Of a DNA stretch of 64,000 nt, positions 48,099 to 56,914 are shown piece by piece (position 1 is the first letter of the stretch; each line of letters begins with the position of its first letter). Both the position numbers and the translations under genes were made by a program. The notes under the pieces were generated by a model. The model was not told the origin of the DNA. It searched no databases and saw only the letters and a program-made list of their open reading frames with translations. The stretch lies in the IMG/VR virus record IMGVR_UViG_3300033143_001932. The stretch is one strand, 5' to 3'. This stretch comes from an uncultured virus (IMG/VR IMGVR_UViG_3300033143_001932). Its lineage: Duplodnaviria; Heunggongvirae; Uroviricota; Caudoviricetes; Crassvirales.

Positions 48099-48341
48099 TT
48101 ATTGTTTTAATAAGAGTTGTATTTTATCTCTTGTTTGTTCTAGTTGTTCTATATCTCTTTGTAAGTGTGGGTTGCAATCCTGGTTGCCGGTTTGTTCAGA
48201 CAACAGGAGCTGAAACTTCTTACTGTCAATTAATATGGTTAACTCTGTTATTACAGATATTAACCCCTTTGCTGTGTTTACGTCCATTTTATTAAGATTA
48301 GATATATCATTATTAATATGTTGAGCATTATGCTTATACAC
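48099..48341 (-). CDS. hypothetical protein
   Basis: 80-aa ORF, start uncertain. Confidence 0.45.
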   Translation of the reverse strand: MYKHNAQHINNDISNLNKMDVNTAKGLISVITELTILIDSKKFQLLLSEQTGNQDCNPHLQRDIEQLEQTRDKIQLLLKQ

Positions 48342-48378
48342 GCTAATTCAAATGCTCTTTTGGCTCTGTGGCTATACT

Positions 48379-48666
48379 TCATATTAAGTCTAGCTTTTCG
48401 ATTAGTTCTTGTGACTTATACTTTAACATTTTCTCACTATGCGCCTCTAGTATCATTCTATTTAGTACACTCGTTATTCCGCTAATTCCATCTACCATGA
48501 AATATGTAGCACTACTGTTATTATTTTTCCTGAAATAATAGAAGCTAGAACCACCATATTTGTTTGATAATTTTGTAATATCAGCAGCAAACTTGTCTAT
48601 TAATTCTCTGCACTCTGCGTTTACTTTAATTTGAAGTGCTTTTTCTATTGCGTTTGTTGTTTCCAT
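48379..48666 (-). CDS. hypothetical protein
   Basis: 95-aa ORF. Confidence 0.55.
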   Translation of the reverse strand: METTNAIEKALQIKVNAECRELIDKFAADITKLSNKYGGSSFYYFRKNNNSSATYFMVDGISGITSVLNRMILEAHSEKMLKYKSQELIEKLDLI

Positions 48667-48824
48667 TTATTTGTTTTTTGGTGAATAATTTTGAATTACA
48701 TATTTAGCGAACTCTACATAAATGTATTGTTCGTCATACATAAAATAGATTTTGTTTTTATGTATGGCTTTGAGGTATAGTTTTTTAAATTCTTCAAAGG
48801 CTTCCGGGGTGAAGTCAATCATTT

Positions 48825-49076
48825 TTAAGTTATTTCATTTACGTTATTTATAATTCGTGATTGGTCTTTGTCGTATTGTTTATAGTCTATAATAAACCCA
48901 ACTAAGACTATTATGTTCATTCCACAAGAGGCTAATATCTCATGAAGATCCGCATACACATTTAAAGATAAATGGATATGCCCTACCATCCAAAAGGGGA
49001 CGGCAAGGTTTTGACTTATCCATATTAAAGTAAACTTTGTTATGCTTTTTATTTTTAATTTATTTATAGTATACAT
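48825..49076 (-). CDS. small membrane protein
   Basis: 83 aa with two hydrophobic segments. Confidence 0.55.
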   Translation of the reverse strand: MYTINKLKIKSITKFTLIWISQNLAVPFWMVGHIHLSLNVYADLHEILASCGMNIIVLVGFIIDYKQYDKDQSRIINNVNEIT

Positions 49077-50136
49077 TTGTCATTTCATCTATTTGTTCAT
49101 CTTTATAGGTACTACAAGTCATGCAATAAAGCCTAGCTTCATACTCATCATACCACAACTCATCAGAACAGTTATTACAATCAACTCCAGCTTCCATAAC
49201 TTCACCTTCCATTCTTTCTTCTAAAGGGACATCTTCAAACTTTGGATTGTAATATTCCCAATTACCATCATCAGCCCATCTATCTTCTAATAAATAGCTG
49301 TCTACATACGATTGATGATGAACCCCACTATCCTTAACGGTGTCGTTAAAGTATGTCCACGCCTCTACTATCTCTCCGTTACTTAGTCGTATTGGAGTCT
49401 TTTGTCTTTTATACCAATTGGGGTGTCCTTCTAACATATCTATGTCTATCATTGTGTCTTTGTCAACTAGAAACACATCTACATCTACATTATGTCCTAC
49501 TCCCTTTTTACTTAGTAGGTATGGTAGTCCCTCTACTATAAGGGGATATTTGTATACAGTTTCACCTGAGTCTACATATTCTGATTGTGTTAGGTAGCTA
49601 TAATAATTACTATGTTTATATTTAAGCGTTCCGTATACAGCCATAAAACTAAACCCTAACACATTCTTCTTGCTATACATAATTCCATCGCTGTCGCTGT
49701 GCCACAGTTTAGGATTATATATTTCAAATGTTTTTTCTTTAGTATTAGCAACTACATATCTACAATTTGTCATTTCCAACACTTTCCTCCAACGACTTGG
49801 TGCTAAATCTGCTAGTATTTCAGCCAGCTCCTCAGTGTCGGTTGTTAGTAAATTCCCCAATCCTGGTACTGTTCCATTTTGGAATAAAAGATTGTCTTTA
49901 TCAATACTAAACGGATGACAGTTGTTGAGGTTTATTTTACCTACAGTTGCATACCTAAAGTGAGCTATAAACGGTCTAGGCGTTAACAGTTTTTCATATT
50001 TTTCACTTGGTATTTTTTCTAGTTCAAAAGTATCTAACCATATAATTCCTAGTCCGTCAGGGTTTTTTAGTGCTGAAGCAACAAGGGTTGCATGGTTAAT
50101 GATGTTTTTGTTTTCTTTAATTATTATTACACACAT
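49060..50136 (-). CDS. class-II glutamine amidotransferase fused to gamma-glutamylcyclotransferase (AIG2-like)
   Basis: N-terminal Cys (MCVII), NPDGLG, HFRYATVG, NCHPF, QNGT and TDTE; then AVYGTLK..IDMLEGHPNWYKR; C-terminal CxxC..CxxC. Confidence 0.85.
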   Translation of the reverse strand: MCVIIIKENKNIINHATLVASALKNPDGLGIIWLDTFELEKIPSEKYEKLLTPRPFIAHFRYATVGKINLNNCHPFSIDKDNLLFQNGTVPGLGNLLTTDTEELAEILADLAPSRWRKVLEMTNCRYVVANTKEKTFEIYNPKLWHSDSDGIMYSKKNVLGFSFMAVYGTLKYKHSNYYSYLTQSEYVDSGETVYKYPLIVEGLPYLLSKKGVGHNVDVDVFLVDKDTMIDIDMLEGHPNWYKRQKTPIRLSNGEIVEAWTYFNDTVKDSGVHHQSYVDSYLLEDRWADDGNWEYYNPKFEDVPLEERMEGEVMEAGVDCNNCSDELWYDEYEARLYCMTCSTYKDEQIDEMTNVYYK

Positions 50137-50137
50137 A

Positions 50138-51433
50138 TTATCTATCGTTTGATGGGTTAATGAATTCTTCTATTGAGTCGCTTACTTCATCAGCGATCAA
50201 GTAAGTTCTAAATGCACAAGCTAAGTCTATAATTTTCTTAACTTTCGCTTTATCGCCATACATTTTCATTAATATAGGCTTTACTCTTTTTATTAAAATT
50301 CCAAAGGGCGCTGAACCTTGTCCAACACTGGCATTTACAATTTGATACATTAAGTCATATCTTAGCTTTAGTTGTCTGGTGTTTTGAACTCTGTTCGGCA
50401 ATCTTATTTCTATAGCACTAATGTTTCTTTTTACCACTACAGTAGAATAATGAGGCGGGTGAGGTAGGTCCATCTTTTTATTATGCCTACAATGAGTGTT
50501 GTTTAATCGATATCTCCATAAAGCATACACTATAGATAAGTTTCCTCTCATTTTTTCAAGTAGATTTACGGGATTCATAAACAACTTCTTTTTAGCAAGA
50601 GTAGGGTGTAGAGCTGCGCTAATAGTGATATGTCCCCCACAGTCGGTATCACACTCCTCATCTATAATACACTCTGCCTCATCTATCCAATCAAATACTA
50701 TCTTTCTTTTTTTACTCCTAACCGGTGAGAGAGGTAATATGTGGGTTATAGCTTCCAATCCACAACTACTATCCGTTTCGAATTTAGCAAACAAGTCATA
50801 TTCTCCTATCTCCTCTCCTACATCATCTTGCCCATATCCATTAATGGTTGTTTTCTCAATTTCAAACCCTATTCTAAATTGAGCATTCATTGATTTATCC
50901 TCCGGGTCTGGACCTTTGTGATATTCACTAATGTGATCACATCCTCCATTTTCTTCTACAACATTGTCTTCATCCCAATAATAACACTCACGAGATTCAC
51001 ACCAGTGGGCGTCATCCTCGTGAACATAATCATCAATATCCTCACAATAACTCACGTCTTCATAATATACCCACTGTCCATCAGCCATACCATACGACAC
51101 ACACTTAAAATCATCTGAGTCTTCTAGCCATTCTTCAGTAGCCGCATTCTCACACCAAGTCATCATAATGTCTTGATTATGTATCCATTCCCCCATCATG
51201 TCGGACCACTGTACATCATCTAAGTGATATCTACAATCCCTAGAATCAACATAAGGAAAATCGTCTTCGTGGTCTTGGTGAATAAACCCCCGAGCAGGCG
51301 AAATGTTTTCTAAGGTTTCTTCTTTAAGAATGTATTCTTCTTGATATTCACTATAAACTATTTCGTCCGAGTGAACATCCATTGGTTCGTCTACATTGTA
51401 AACGGCAACCAGCTCTTTGCTTTGTGTTTTCAT
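50138..51433 (-). CDS. putative amidoligase (COOH-NH2 ligase) with acidic N-terminal repeats
   Basis: IGFEIE, ETDSSCGLEAIT, CGGHITIS and IEIRLP motifs; adjacent to the GATase. Confidence 0.75.
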   Translation of the reverse strand: MKTQSKELVAVYNVDEPMDVHSDEIVYSEYQEEYILKEETLENISPARGFIHQDHEDDFPYVDSRDCRYHLDDVQWSDMMGEWIHNQDIMMTWCENAATEEWLEDSDDFKCVSYGMADGQWVYYEDVSYCEDIDDYVHEDDAHWCESRECYYWDEDNVVEENGGCDHISEYHKGPDPEDKSMNAQFRIGFEIEKTTINGYGQDDVGEEIGEYDLFAKFETDSSCGLEAITHILPLSPVRSKKRKIVFDWIDEAECIIDEECDTDCGGHITISAALHPTLAKKKLFMNPVNLLEKMRGNLSIVYALWRYRLNNTHCRHNKKMDLPHPPHYSTVVVKRNISAIEIRLPNRVQNTRQLKLRYDLMYQIVNASVGQGSAPFGILIKRVKPILMKMYGDKAKVKKIIDLACAFRTYLIADEVSDSIEEFINPSNDR

Positions 51434-51443
51434 ATATTGTTAT

Positions 51444-51674
51444 TTACTTATTAACTTCTTCGTTTAAGAAATAGATGGTTTCATCTATGACTTCTAGGTA
51501 GATTTTACCTAACACAGGATCTATAGTGCCGTCTTGTATATCTTCATTCATATACTCTTGCATTTCATACATATTCTCTAATGCATATTCTACACGATAA
51601 CTCCTAACTGTGTTGTAGGTGGTAAATGACATTACTCCCAATGTCATAAACCCTAAGATTATTTTCTTCATCAT
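51444..51674 (-). CDS. small exported/membrane-anchored protein
   Basis: signal peptide MMKKIILGFMTLGVMS; paralogue of 53368-53634. Confidence 0.6.
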   Translation of the reverse strand: MMKKIILGFMTLGVMSFTTYNTVRSYRVEYALENMYEMQEYMNEDIQDGTIDPVLGKIYLEVIDETIYFLNEEVNK

Positions 51675-51675
51675 C

Positions 51676-51930
51676 TTAACTTATTACGGGAAACGTCCAG
51701 TCTTTTCCATCTTTACTTTGTCCAAACAACGCTCCACCATCATTACCCTCATCATCTCTTGAAGGCAACACAAGTGAGCCGTCATCAAACTCAATTACTA
51801 ATGGTCGATTGTACCAACCCATGTGTTCTTGTTCTTCTTGTGTAATGTATCTTACACTTTTTACTTTCTTACCGACAAGTCTCGTCCTTGCGTAGCTTGT
51901 CCATTGTAACTCTATGTTTTCTTTAGCCAT
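51676..51930 (-). CDS. conserved phage hypothetical protein
   Basis: LVGKKVKSVRY..PSRDDEGNDGGALF motif. Confidence 0.65.
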   Translation of the reverse strand: MAKENIELQWTSYARTRLVGKKVKSVRYITQEEQEHMGWYNRPLVIEFDDGSLVLPSRDDEGNDGGALFGQSKDGKDWTFPVIS

Positions 51931-52113
51931 AACTTTTATTTTATTTATAATTATTATTCATAGCGCCATGTATTACATTTTCTTCTAAGAATTCTACTAA
52001 ATCATTTATAAACTTGTTTGAATGTGGATTAGGTAATCCATATTTTTTACCGTTTACATAATCATTTACCATGAATACTATCTCTTGTAATGCTTCTTTA
52101 TCGCTCATATTAT

Positions 52114-52338
52114 TTATTTTACTTGATTTTTATAATTTATTATTTTGTTTATTTTTACCACTTGTATCCACTCTCTATAAGACCATTCACCCTCATATCC
52201 CATTTCCTTAGCTTCTTCTATCTCTTTTATACAGTCTTCTTCACTTTGCAATAGTTCATGAGATGAAAAAAGTTTATTATTTAATAATATGTCCCAATTC
52301 TCATCTCTTGTCCATTCTTTTCCATCATTATGTCCCAT
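52114..52338 (-). CDS. hypothetical protein
   Basis: 74 aa with AAATAAATGTTATG leader. Confidence 0.5.
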   Translation of the reverse strand: MGHNDGKEWTRDENWDILLNNKLFSSHELLQSEEDCIKEIEEAKEMGYEGEWSYREWIQVVKINKIINYKNQVK

Positions 52339-52354
52339 AACATTTATTTTATTT

Positions 52355-52612
52355 TTAATCGTATAAATCTATTAGAACTGCCATATACATTTCTTCTTGA
52401 TATATGAAGTTTCTACAAAGTCCCGTTTTATAATAAATATCATAATAATGTTCACACAACAACCACTCAAGCATTTCTTCTCCTTCTTGATCTAATGTGA
52501 TTACTTCTATTACTGGATAATACATATCCATTAACTTCATCTCAAAGTGTTCTTTTGCGTGTTCAATTATCCCTGCGGGCAGAGGTAATTCTCTTGGTTT
52601 TATGTGTTCCAA
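52355..52612 (-). CDS. hypothetical protein
   Basis: 85-aa ORF. Confidence 0.5.
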   Translation of the reverse strand: MEHIKPRELPLPAGIIEHAKEHFEMKLMDMYYPVIEVITLDQEGEEMLEWLLCEHYYDIYYKTGLCRNFIYQEEMYMAVLIDLYD

Positions 52613-52902
52613 ACTTGTATGTATTTATATAAATGTTCTGAGATATCTTGAGTCATAACGCGGTATCCCTCTGCCACAGTATATGCTTCAGCCTCCTTGT
52701 ATGTGTGAAATCCCACAAAAATTCTTTCCTTGGTGTATCTGCCATGTTTATCATTAACAGTATATACATTCCACTCAAATCCATTTAGATCAGCTTCGCT
52801 TTTATAATCTTCACCCCACCCATCGTCATTTAATAGGTTGATGGTTGCAGGGTCATTCCATCGTAGCTCTATCCACGCTTCTGGTTTTGTATCTTCACCC
52901 AT
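52600..52902 (-). CDS. hypothetical protein
   Basis: 100 aa; same leader as the gene starting at 52338. Confidence 0.55.
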   Translation of the reverse strand: MGEDTKPEAWIELRWNDPATINLLNDDGWGEDYKSEADLNGFEWNVYTVNDKHGRYTKERIFVGFHTYKEAEAYTVAEGYRVMTQDISEHLYKYIQVWNT

Positions 52903-52928
52903 AACATTTATTTATTTATATATCCAAT

Positions 52929-52959
52929 AAAAAAAGCCAACGCTAATGATAGGTTGACT
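52929..52959 (-). terminator. probable intrinsic terminator
   Basis: - strand AGTCAAC...GTTGGCT followed by a T-run. Confidence 0.5.
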
Positions 52960-53002
52960 AATAACATCAAGATATCTCCTTGATACTTCTTTATAAATTG
53001 TT

Positions 53003-53371
53003 TCATTGATTCAATAATTTTGTTAGGTGATACGCTTGTTTTAGACTTATTGTACCTTGCTCTACAAGATACGCCTCAAGTTTTGCTTCATCTTCTTCAC
53101 GCTCTTCTTTAGTACGGTCGTCAATATTAACTTGACTCTCCATTCTAAGTAGATGTTTTTGTTCTTCAGAAAGCAGATGAGTCAATAGTCCCTGGACCGC
53201 TTCATACTTTTCAGCAGCTTCTTCTAATTGACTAATCCATTCGTCTTGTTCCTCTTCGCTTTTAAAAGGTTCGTTTGTTGCGTTGGGGTATAGTTTGGGG
53301 AAAAAAGTCACTGACCCAAATATATTGGATAAAGCGTCTTCTACTAGTTGTCTAAATTTTCTCTTTTTCAT
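53003..53371 (-). CDS. hypothetical protein
   Basis: 122 aa, helical. Confidence 0.55.
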   Translation of the reverse strand: MKKRKFRQLVEDALSNIFGSVTFFPKLYPNATNEPFKSEEEQDEWISQLEEAAEKYEAVQGLLTHLLSEEQKHLLRMESQVNIDDRTKEEREEDEAKLEAYLVEQGTISLKQAYHLTKLLNQ

Positions 53372-53634
53372 TTTGTAGTCCTTTCTATTTTATTTAAATT
53401 ATTATACACTACTATCAATCGATCTATGGTTACTTCATACTGCTTTATGTATAAGTCCCCTATCTCTTCATTAAGAGTCCCATTCTCAATGTCTTGCATT
53501 GCCCACTCTATATAATCTTGAAGGTCATTGATTGATTCGCTTACCTCAAACTTAGTCAACTCTAGCTTAGTTTGACCCATACATACTGACATCATTCCGA
53601 CCATCAGTATACTTAATGTAATTAGTTTTTTCAT
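53368..53634 (-). CDS. small exported protein
   Basis: signal peptide ending in G-Q; paralogue of 51444-51674. Confidence 0.6.
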   Translation of the reverse strand: MKKLITLSILMVGMMSVCMGQTKLELTKFEVSESINDLQDYIEWAMQDIENGTLNEEIGDLYIKQYEVTIDRLIVVYNNLNKIERTTK

Positions 53635-53840
53635 CTTAGCATTGTTCCGTAACCTTTTCGTCTTGTCATTTTTGCTATTGTTTCAGCATCTTCTCTTGAC
53701 AATATCTCTATACTGTTACCTGTTTTATGATTAATAACTGGTGAACAACCGTACTTTTGCACAGTTGAACACTTAACACATACTTTATACCCCAAGTCTA
53801 TCCGTCCTTGAGGTATTACTTGATTGCATTTACATTTCAT
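53631..53840 (-). CDS. TraR/DksA-type C4 zinc-finger protein
   Basis: CKCNQVIPQGRIDLGYKVCVKC. Confidence 0.65.
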   Translation of the reverse strand: MKCKCNQVIPQGRIDLGYKVCVKCSTVQKYGCSPVINHKTGNSIEILSREDAETIAKMTRRKGYGTMLR

Positions 53841-54178
53841 TTCTTCATAATCTAATTTTGCTTGATTAGTCTTAGTTCTTCTTTTTCAACAAAATCAGCC
53901 ACAGCTCCTACACTAAATGGTTGGTTTTTTTCGACTAAATCATCTATTGCTTGTCGGACTATACGCCCATGAGTTTTAAGCATTATTTCATTGAAGTGAT
54001 CTTCGTTAAGTTGTTTTTTATTTTTCGGCATAACATTTTTTTAGCTCAATAAACCCATCTTTAAGGACGGTTAGTTCATTGAATAGTTCAACATAAAAAG
54101 GTTCTGATAGTCTAAAGGCTCGGTGGGCTACATAATCAATATGTTTAGCCCACGCCTTAAGGTTTTTGATTGGCTCTA

Positions 54179-54394
54179 CTACCATCCTTTTGTTTCCTTT
54201 AATTTAGCTATTTTTTGATTAATCTTTTCGCTAGAGTTTAACACCTTTCTTTTATAGGCTGCTCTTTCTTTAGCTTTTAAAACTTTCCTAGCTTCGCCTA
54301 CAGTTAAGCTTTTTGTGTTCATAATTTCTCTTAACTTGTCGTATTTTGCAATACCGTCCCAAACTTGTTTAGATATTCTTTCGTTTTGTGTCAT
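54179..54394 (-). CDS. hypothetical basic protein (start probably 54394)
   Basis: MTQNERISKQ... with ATGTTATG leader. Confidence 0.5.
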   Translation of the reverse strand: MTQNERISKQVWDGIAKYDKLREIMNTKSLTVGEARKVLKAKERAAYKRKVLNSSEKINQKIAKLKETKGW

Positions 54395-54483
54395 AACATA
54401 TTTATTTAAAAAACGGTTGCATTTGAAACGTAGCAACCTCCACGCCAATTTATTTATGTAAATGAATTCTTCTGTTCTAGTCA

Positions 54484-54729
54484 TTATCCAAGGTTTTTGA
54501 ATTCCCACTGGACCAGCTTCTCCATTCGTTTATTGTGTAATATTTTCTTTGCTTTATCGAAAGTACAGTCGTATATCTTTTGACACATCTTAATACTTTC
54601 TAAATATGAAGTCATATCTCCCTCACCTAAATCTTTACTTTGTTTTGTTGTTTCAGCTATCAGCTGTTGCTCTTCCTCGCAAACGAACTGTCTAACAGTC
54701 GGTCTGCGTCTTTTGTTTGTGTTTGTCAT
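54484..54729 (-). CDS. hypothetical protein
   Basis: 81-aa ORF. Confidence 0.5.
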   Translation of the reverse strand: MTNTNKRRRPTVRQFVCEEEQQLIAETTKQSKDLGEGDMTSYLESIKMCQKIYDCTFDKAKKILHNKRMEKLVQWEFKNLG

Positions 54730-54746
54730 AATATGTTTTTAATATT

Positions 54747-55148
54747 TTAATAGAACCAACCCTGATGATAACAATCTTCAGGTCTTTCGTTTACCCATTC
54801 AGATATTGGGTTTCTAACTACATTAGGCACAAGTCCTTCAGGCATTTGCTCAAGTATTTGGTCGTAGGTGTAGCTATTTTTGTTTAAAAATTCTTCGTGC
54901 TGGTAATACAGTTTACGCTTTTCTTCCGGTGTCTTAACGAGATCTATCTCGGACCAAATTCTTCTTGATTCTTTGAATGTTTTTCTAGTCATAAACCTAC
55001 CATATCCGTCATAAACTCCTCCATAAGTGTTACCTAAATGGTCTATTATATATGCAGTTTTAGTGAATGGCTCGCTCGGTGTTCCTTCATAGTATTGATT
55101 CGTTACCGATTCGTTAGTGTCTTGTGTTATGTAGCTAAAAAATCCCAT
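54747..55148 (-). CDS. conserved phage hypothetical protein
   Basis: MGFFSYITQDT..YDGYGRF..DCYHQGWFY; preceded by AGGAGG. Confidence 0.65.
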   Translation of the reverse strand: MGFFSYITQDTNESVTNQYYEGTPSEPFTKTAYIIDHLGNTYGGVYDGYGRFMTRKTFKESRRIWSEIDLVKTPEEKRKLYYQHEEFLNKNSYTYDQILEQMPEGLVPNVVRNPISEWVNERPEDCYHQGWFY

Positions 55149-55163
55149 TTTACTTTCCTCCTT

Positions 55164-55265
55164 TTAAAATTGGTTTGTAATATACATTAAGAATATGTGT
55201 AGCATTACAGCTACTGTAGCACCGATCAGCGCCACTACTCCATCATTGTTTAATAACTCTTTCAT
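55164..55265 (-). CDS. 33-aa single-TM peptide (not in ORF track)
   Basis: MKELLNNDGVVALIGATVAVMLHIFLMYITNQF; preceded by AAAAGGAGGAAAGTAAA. Confidence 0.55.
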   Translation of the reverse strand: MKELLNNDGVVALIGATVAVMLHIFLMYITNQF

Positions 55266-55282
55266 TTTACTTTCCTCCTTTT

Positions 55283-55477
55283 TTAATTGATTAATCTCAT
55301 TATTTCGTACACATCTGTAGTTGCATACTGTTTCTTTTTTAGTTCTATAAACCCTTCAGCTTTTAGAAGTTTTTGGTGGTATCTCTTTCTTTGTTCGATA
55401 TTGAATATATTGTAGTATAACACTACTAATCTATTAGCTTCTTTAAGCTGGTCGAGTTCTGTTTTAAATTGTGCCAT
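55283..55477 (-). CDS. hypothetical protein
   Basis: 64-aa ORF. Confidence 0.5.
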   Translation of the reverse strand: MAQFKTELDQLKEANRLVVLYYNIFNIEQRKRYHQKLLKAEGFIELKKKQYATTDVYEIMRLIN

Positions 55478-55576
55478 TTTACTTATTTAATGATTTAATA
55501 AATTGTCTTAACTGATTCACTCTAACATTAGAGCTGTCATTAAGAGCTTCTTTGATTTGCTGTTGTATTTTGTCCA

Positions 55577-55641
55577 TAGTGGCAATACAGAGAATCGAAC
55601 TCCGTTACCTATTATTTCAGTTTGTCAACCTGACTATTGCC
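55577..55641 (-). ncRNA. tRNA-like element lacking a D-arm
   Basis: acceptor stem GGCAATA/TATTGCC, T-arm CGGAG-TTCGATT-CTCTG, hairpin TCAGG-TTGACAA-ACTGA, 3' end ACTA. Confidence 0.55.
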
Positions 55642-55644
55642 AAT

Positions 55645-55679
55645 AAAAAAAGAGGGCAACTTTTATTGTTACCCTCTTT
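55645..55679 (-). terminator. intrinsic terminator closing the non-coding region
   Basis: AGAGGGTAAC-N7-GTTGCCCTCT followed by T6. Confidence 0.75.
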
Positions 55680-56378
55680 AGTTTTATCTCCTTATCCATC
55701 ATTGTCATATATCCGACCTCAGTCTTAATTTTTGACTTAGATATAATTTAACTTTTGAACAGGATCTGCTCTCCTTATTTATAAACACAACCTAGCAGTT
55801 GATAGGAAGCTTAGTATTTCGGCAGTTTTTACCTGCTTTACCCACTTACCAAATATTTCAATTCAGTTGTCTTTAAACATAGGGTGCAACTTTACACAAT
55901 GCGCCTCGCTTTACGTGTTTTCGCTATATATTTAACCAGCTCCTGATCGAAAAATCAGTCCATACCTTAGACCTCAGTTCTAGTTAAACTCTCTGCTTCT
56001 TTAGTCCATTTATGCGCACTACTCGAACGCTTTCGCACTCAAAACTTACCTAAATTGCATCTCTAGACATACATACCTGCCTAGATGGTTTTTAAACTTT
56101 CAAAGGGTTAAATAAAACGTGCTGAATTGTTATTGAATTCGCCATTTAAACAACTATAAGAACGCTTATAAATGCTGCTAAATGCTTTACGGTAGAGGTT
56201 CTAACATTAAGACCTTAAGAACGCTTAAAATCTGTCAGATTTGCTACAATTAACCTTTGAATTAACGCCCAATTAAAAGGGCGTTAAACGCTTAATTAAA
56301 AAAGATATAAAGAACTATTTGCCGTCAACACTCAGTTAAAAAACTGTCAACCCTTCGGAAGTTGAAATGGTGTTTTAC
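55680..56378 (-). ncRNA. putative large structured non-coding RNA
   Basis: about 700 nt with no ORF of 60 aa or more in any frame, many hairpins, one long-range helix, bounded by terminators. Confidence 0.55.
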
Positions 56379-56403
56379 AAAAAGGGGGCTATTTTGCCCC
56401 CTT
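56379..56403 (-). terminator. intrinsic terminator after the first early gene
   Basis: AAGGGGGC-AAAATA-GCCCCCTTTTT. Confidence 0.75.
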
Positions 56404-56407
56404 ATAT

Positions 56408-56839
56408 TTATTTAGAATTCTTTGATAGTCTGCTCAATACGTTGCAAACTTGGTGAGTAGAAAAATACTCTTTTTTAACATCTGTAATAGTGTACTTATT
56501 ACCCTCTTTTACGCTTTTAAACCTTTCGTATCTAGTCAAATTAGATAAGAAAGACTTAACCGTTAACGCTGAGATATTTAACTTTGATTTGTTGCTCTTA
56601 TTCAGGTAATCAATAAACGCTTGCGTTTGCTCTAATCCCTCACCTTTACAGAATTTAACTATCCCGTTTGCGCTCCTAGTAGTTTCTAGGTATTTGCTTT
56701 TTACAATTCTTCTCAATTGTACGTTTTCGTTGATTTTAGGTGTTTTTTTAGTTGACTTTGCACCTGATAAACTAACTTCTTCTGTTGTTGTTCTTTTACT
56801 ATTCTTCGAAGAAACAACGCTTTTTATTTGTGTTTTCAT
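56408..56839 (-). CDS. basic hypothetical protein, first gene of the early block
   Basis: 143 aa, K/S/T-rich. Confidence 0.65.
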   Translation of the reverse strand: MKTQIKSVVSSKNSKRTTTEEVSLSGAKSTKKTPKINENVQLRRIVKSKYLETTRSANGIVKFCKGEGLEQTQAFIDYLNKSNKSKLNISALTVKSFLSNLTRYERFKSVKEGNKYTITDVKKEYFSTHQVCNVLSRLSKNSK

Positions 56840-56843
56840 ATTG

Positions 56844-56875
56844 CAATAATACGTTATAAATATTTAATAAACAAA
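56844..56875 (-). promoter_or_regulatory. early promoter (nearly leaderless transcript)
   Basis: - strand TTTG-N20-TATTATTG ending 4 nt before ATG 56839. Confidence 0.6.
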
Positions 56876-56914
56876 TTATTTACAAGTTTTTTTTATTTTA
56901 TTTACATTTTACTG

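Noticed and set aside
55577..55641. Canonical tRNA-Val(GAC)
   Set aside because: No D-arm, a mismatch closing the anticodon stem and no encoded CCA; kept only as tRNA-like
55680..56378. Hammerhead ribozyme or group I/II intron
   Set aside because: No CUGAnGA/GAAA core arrangement recognised and no interrupted gene
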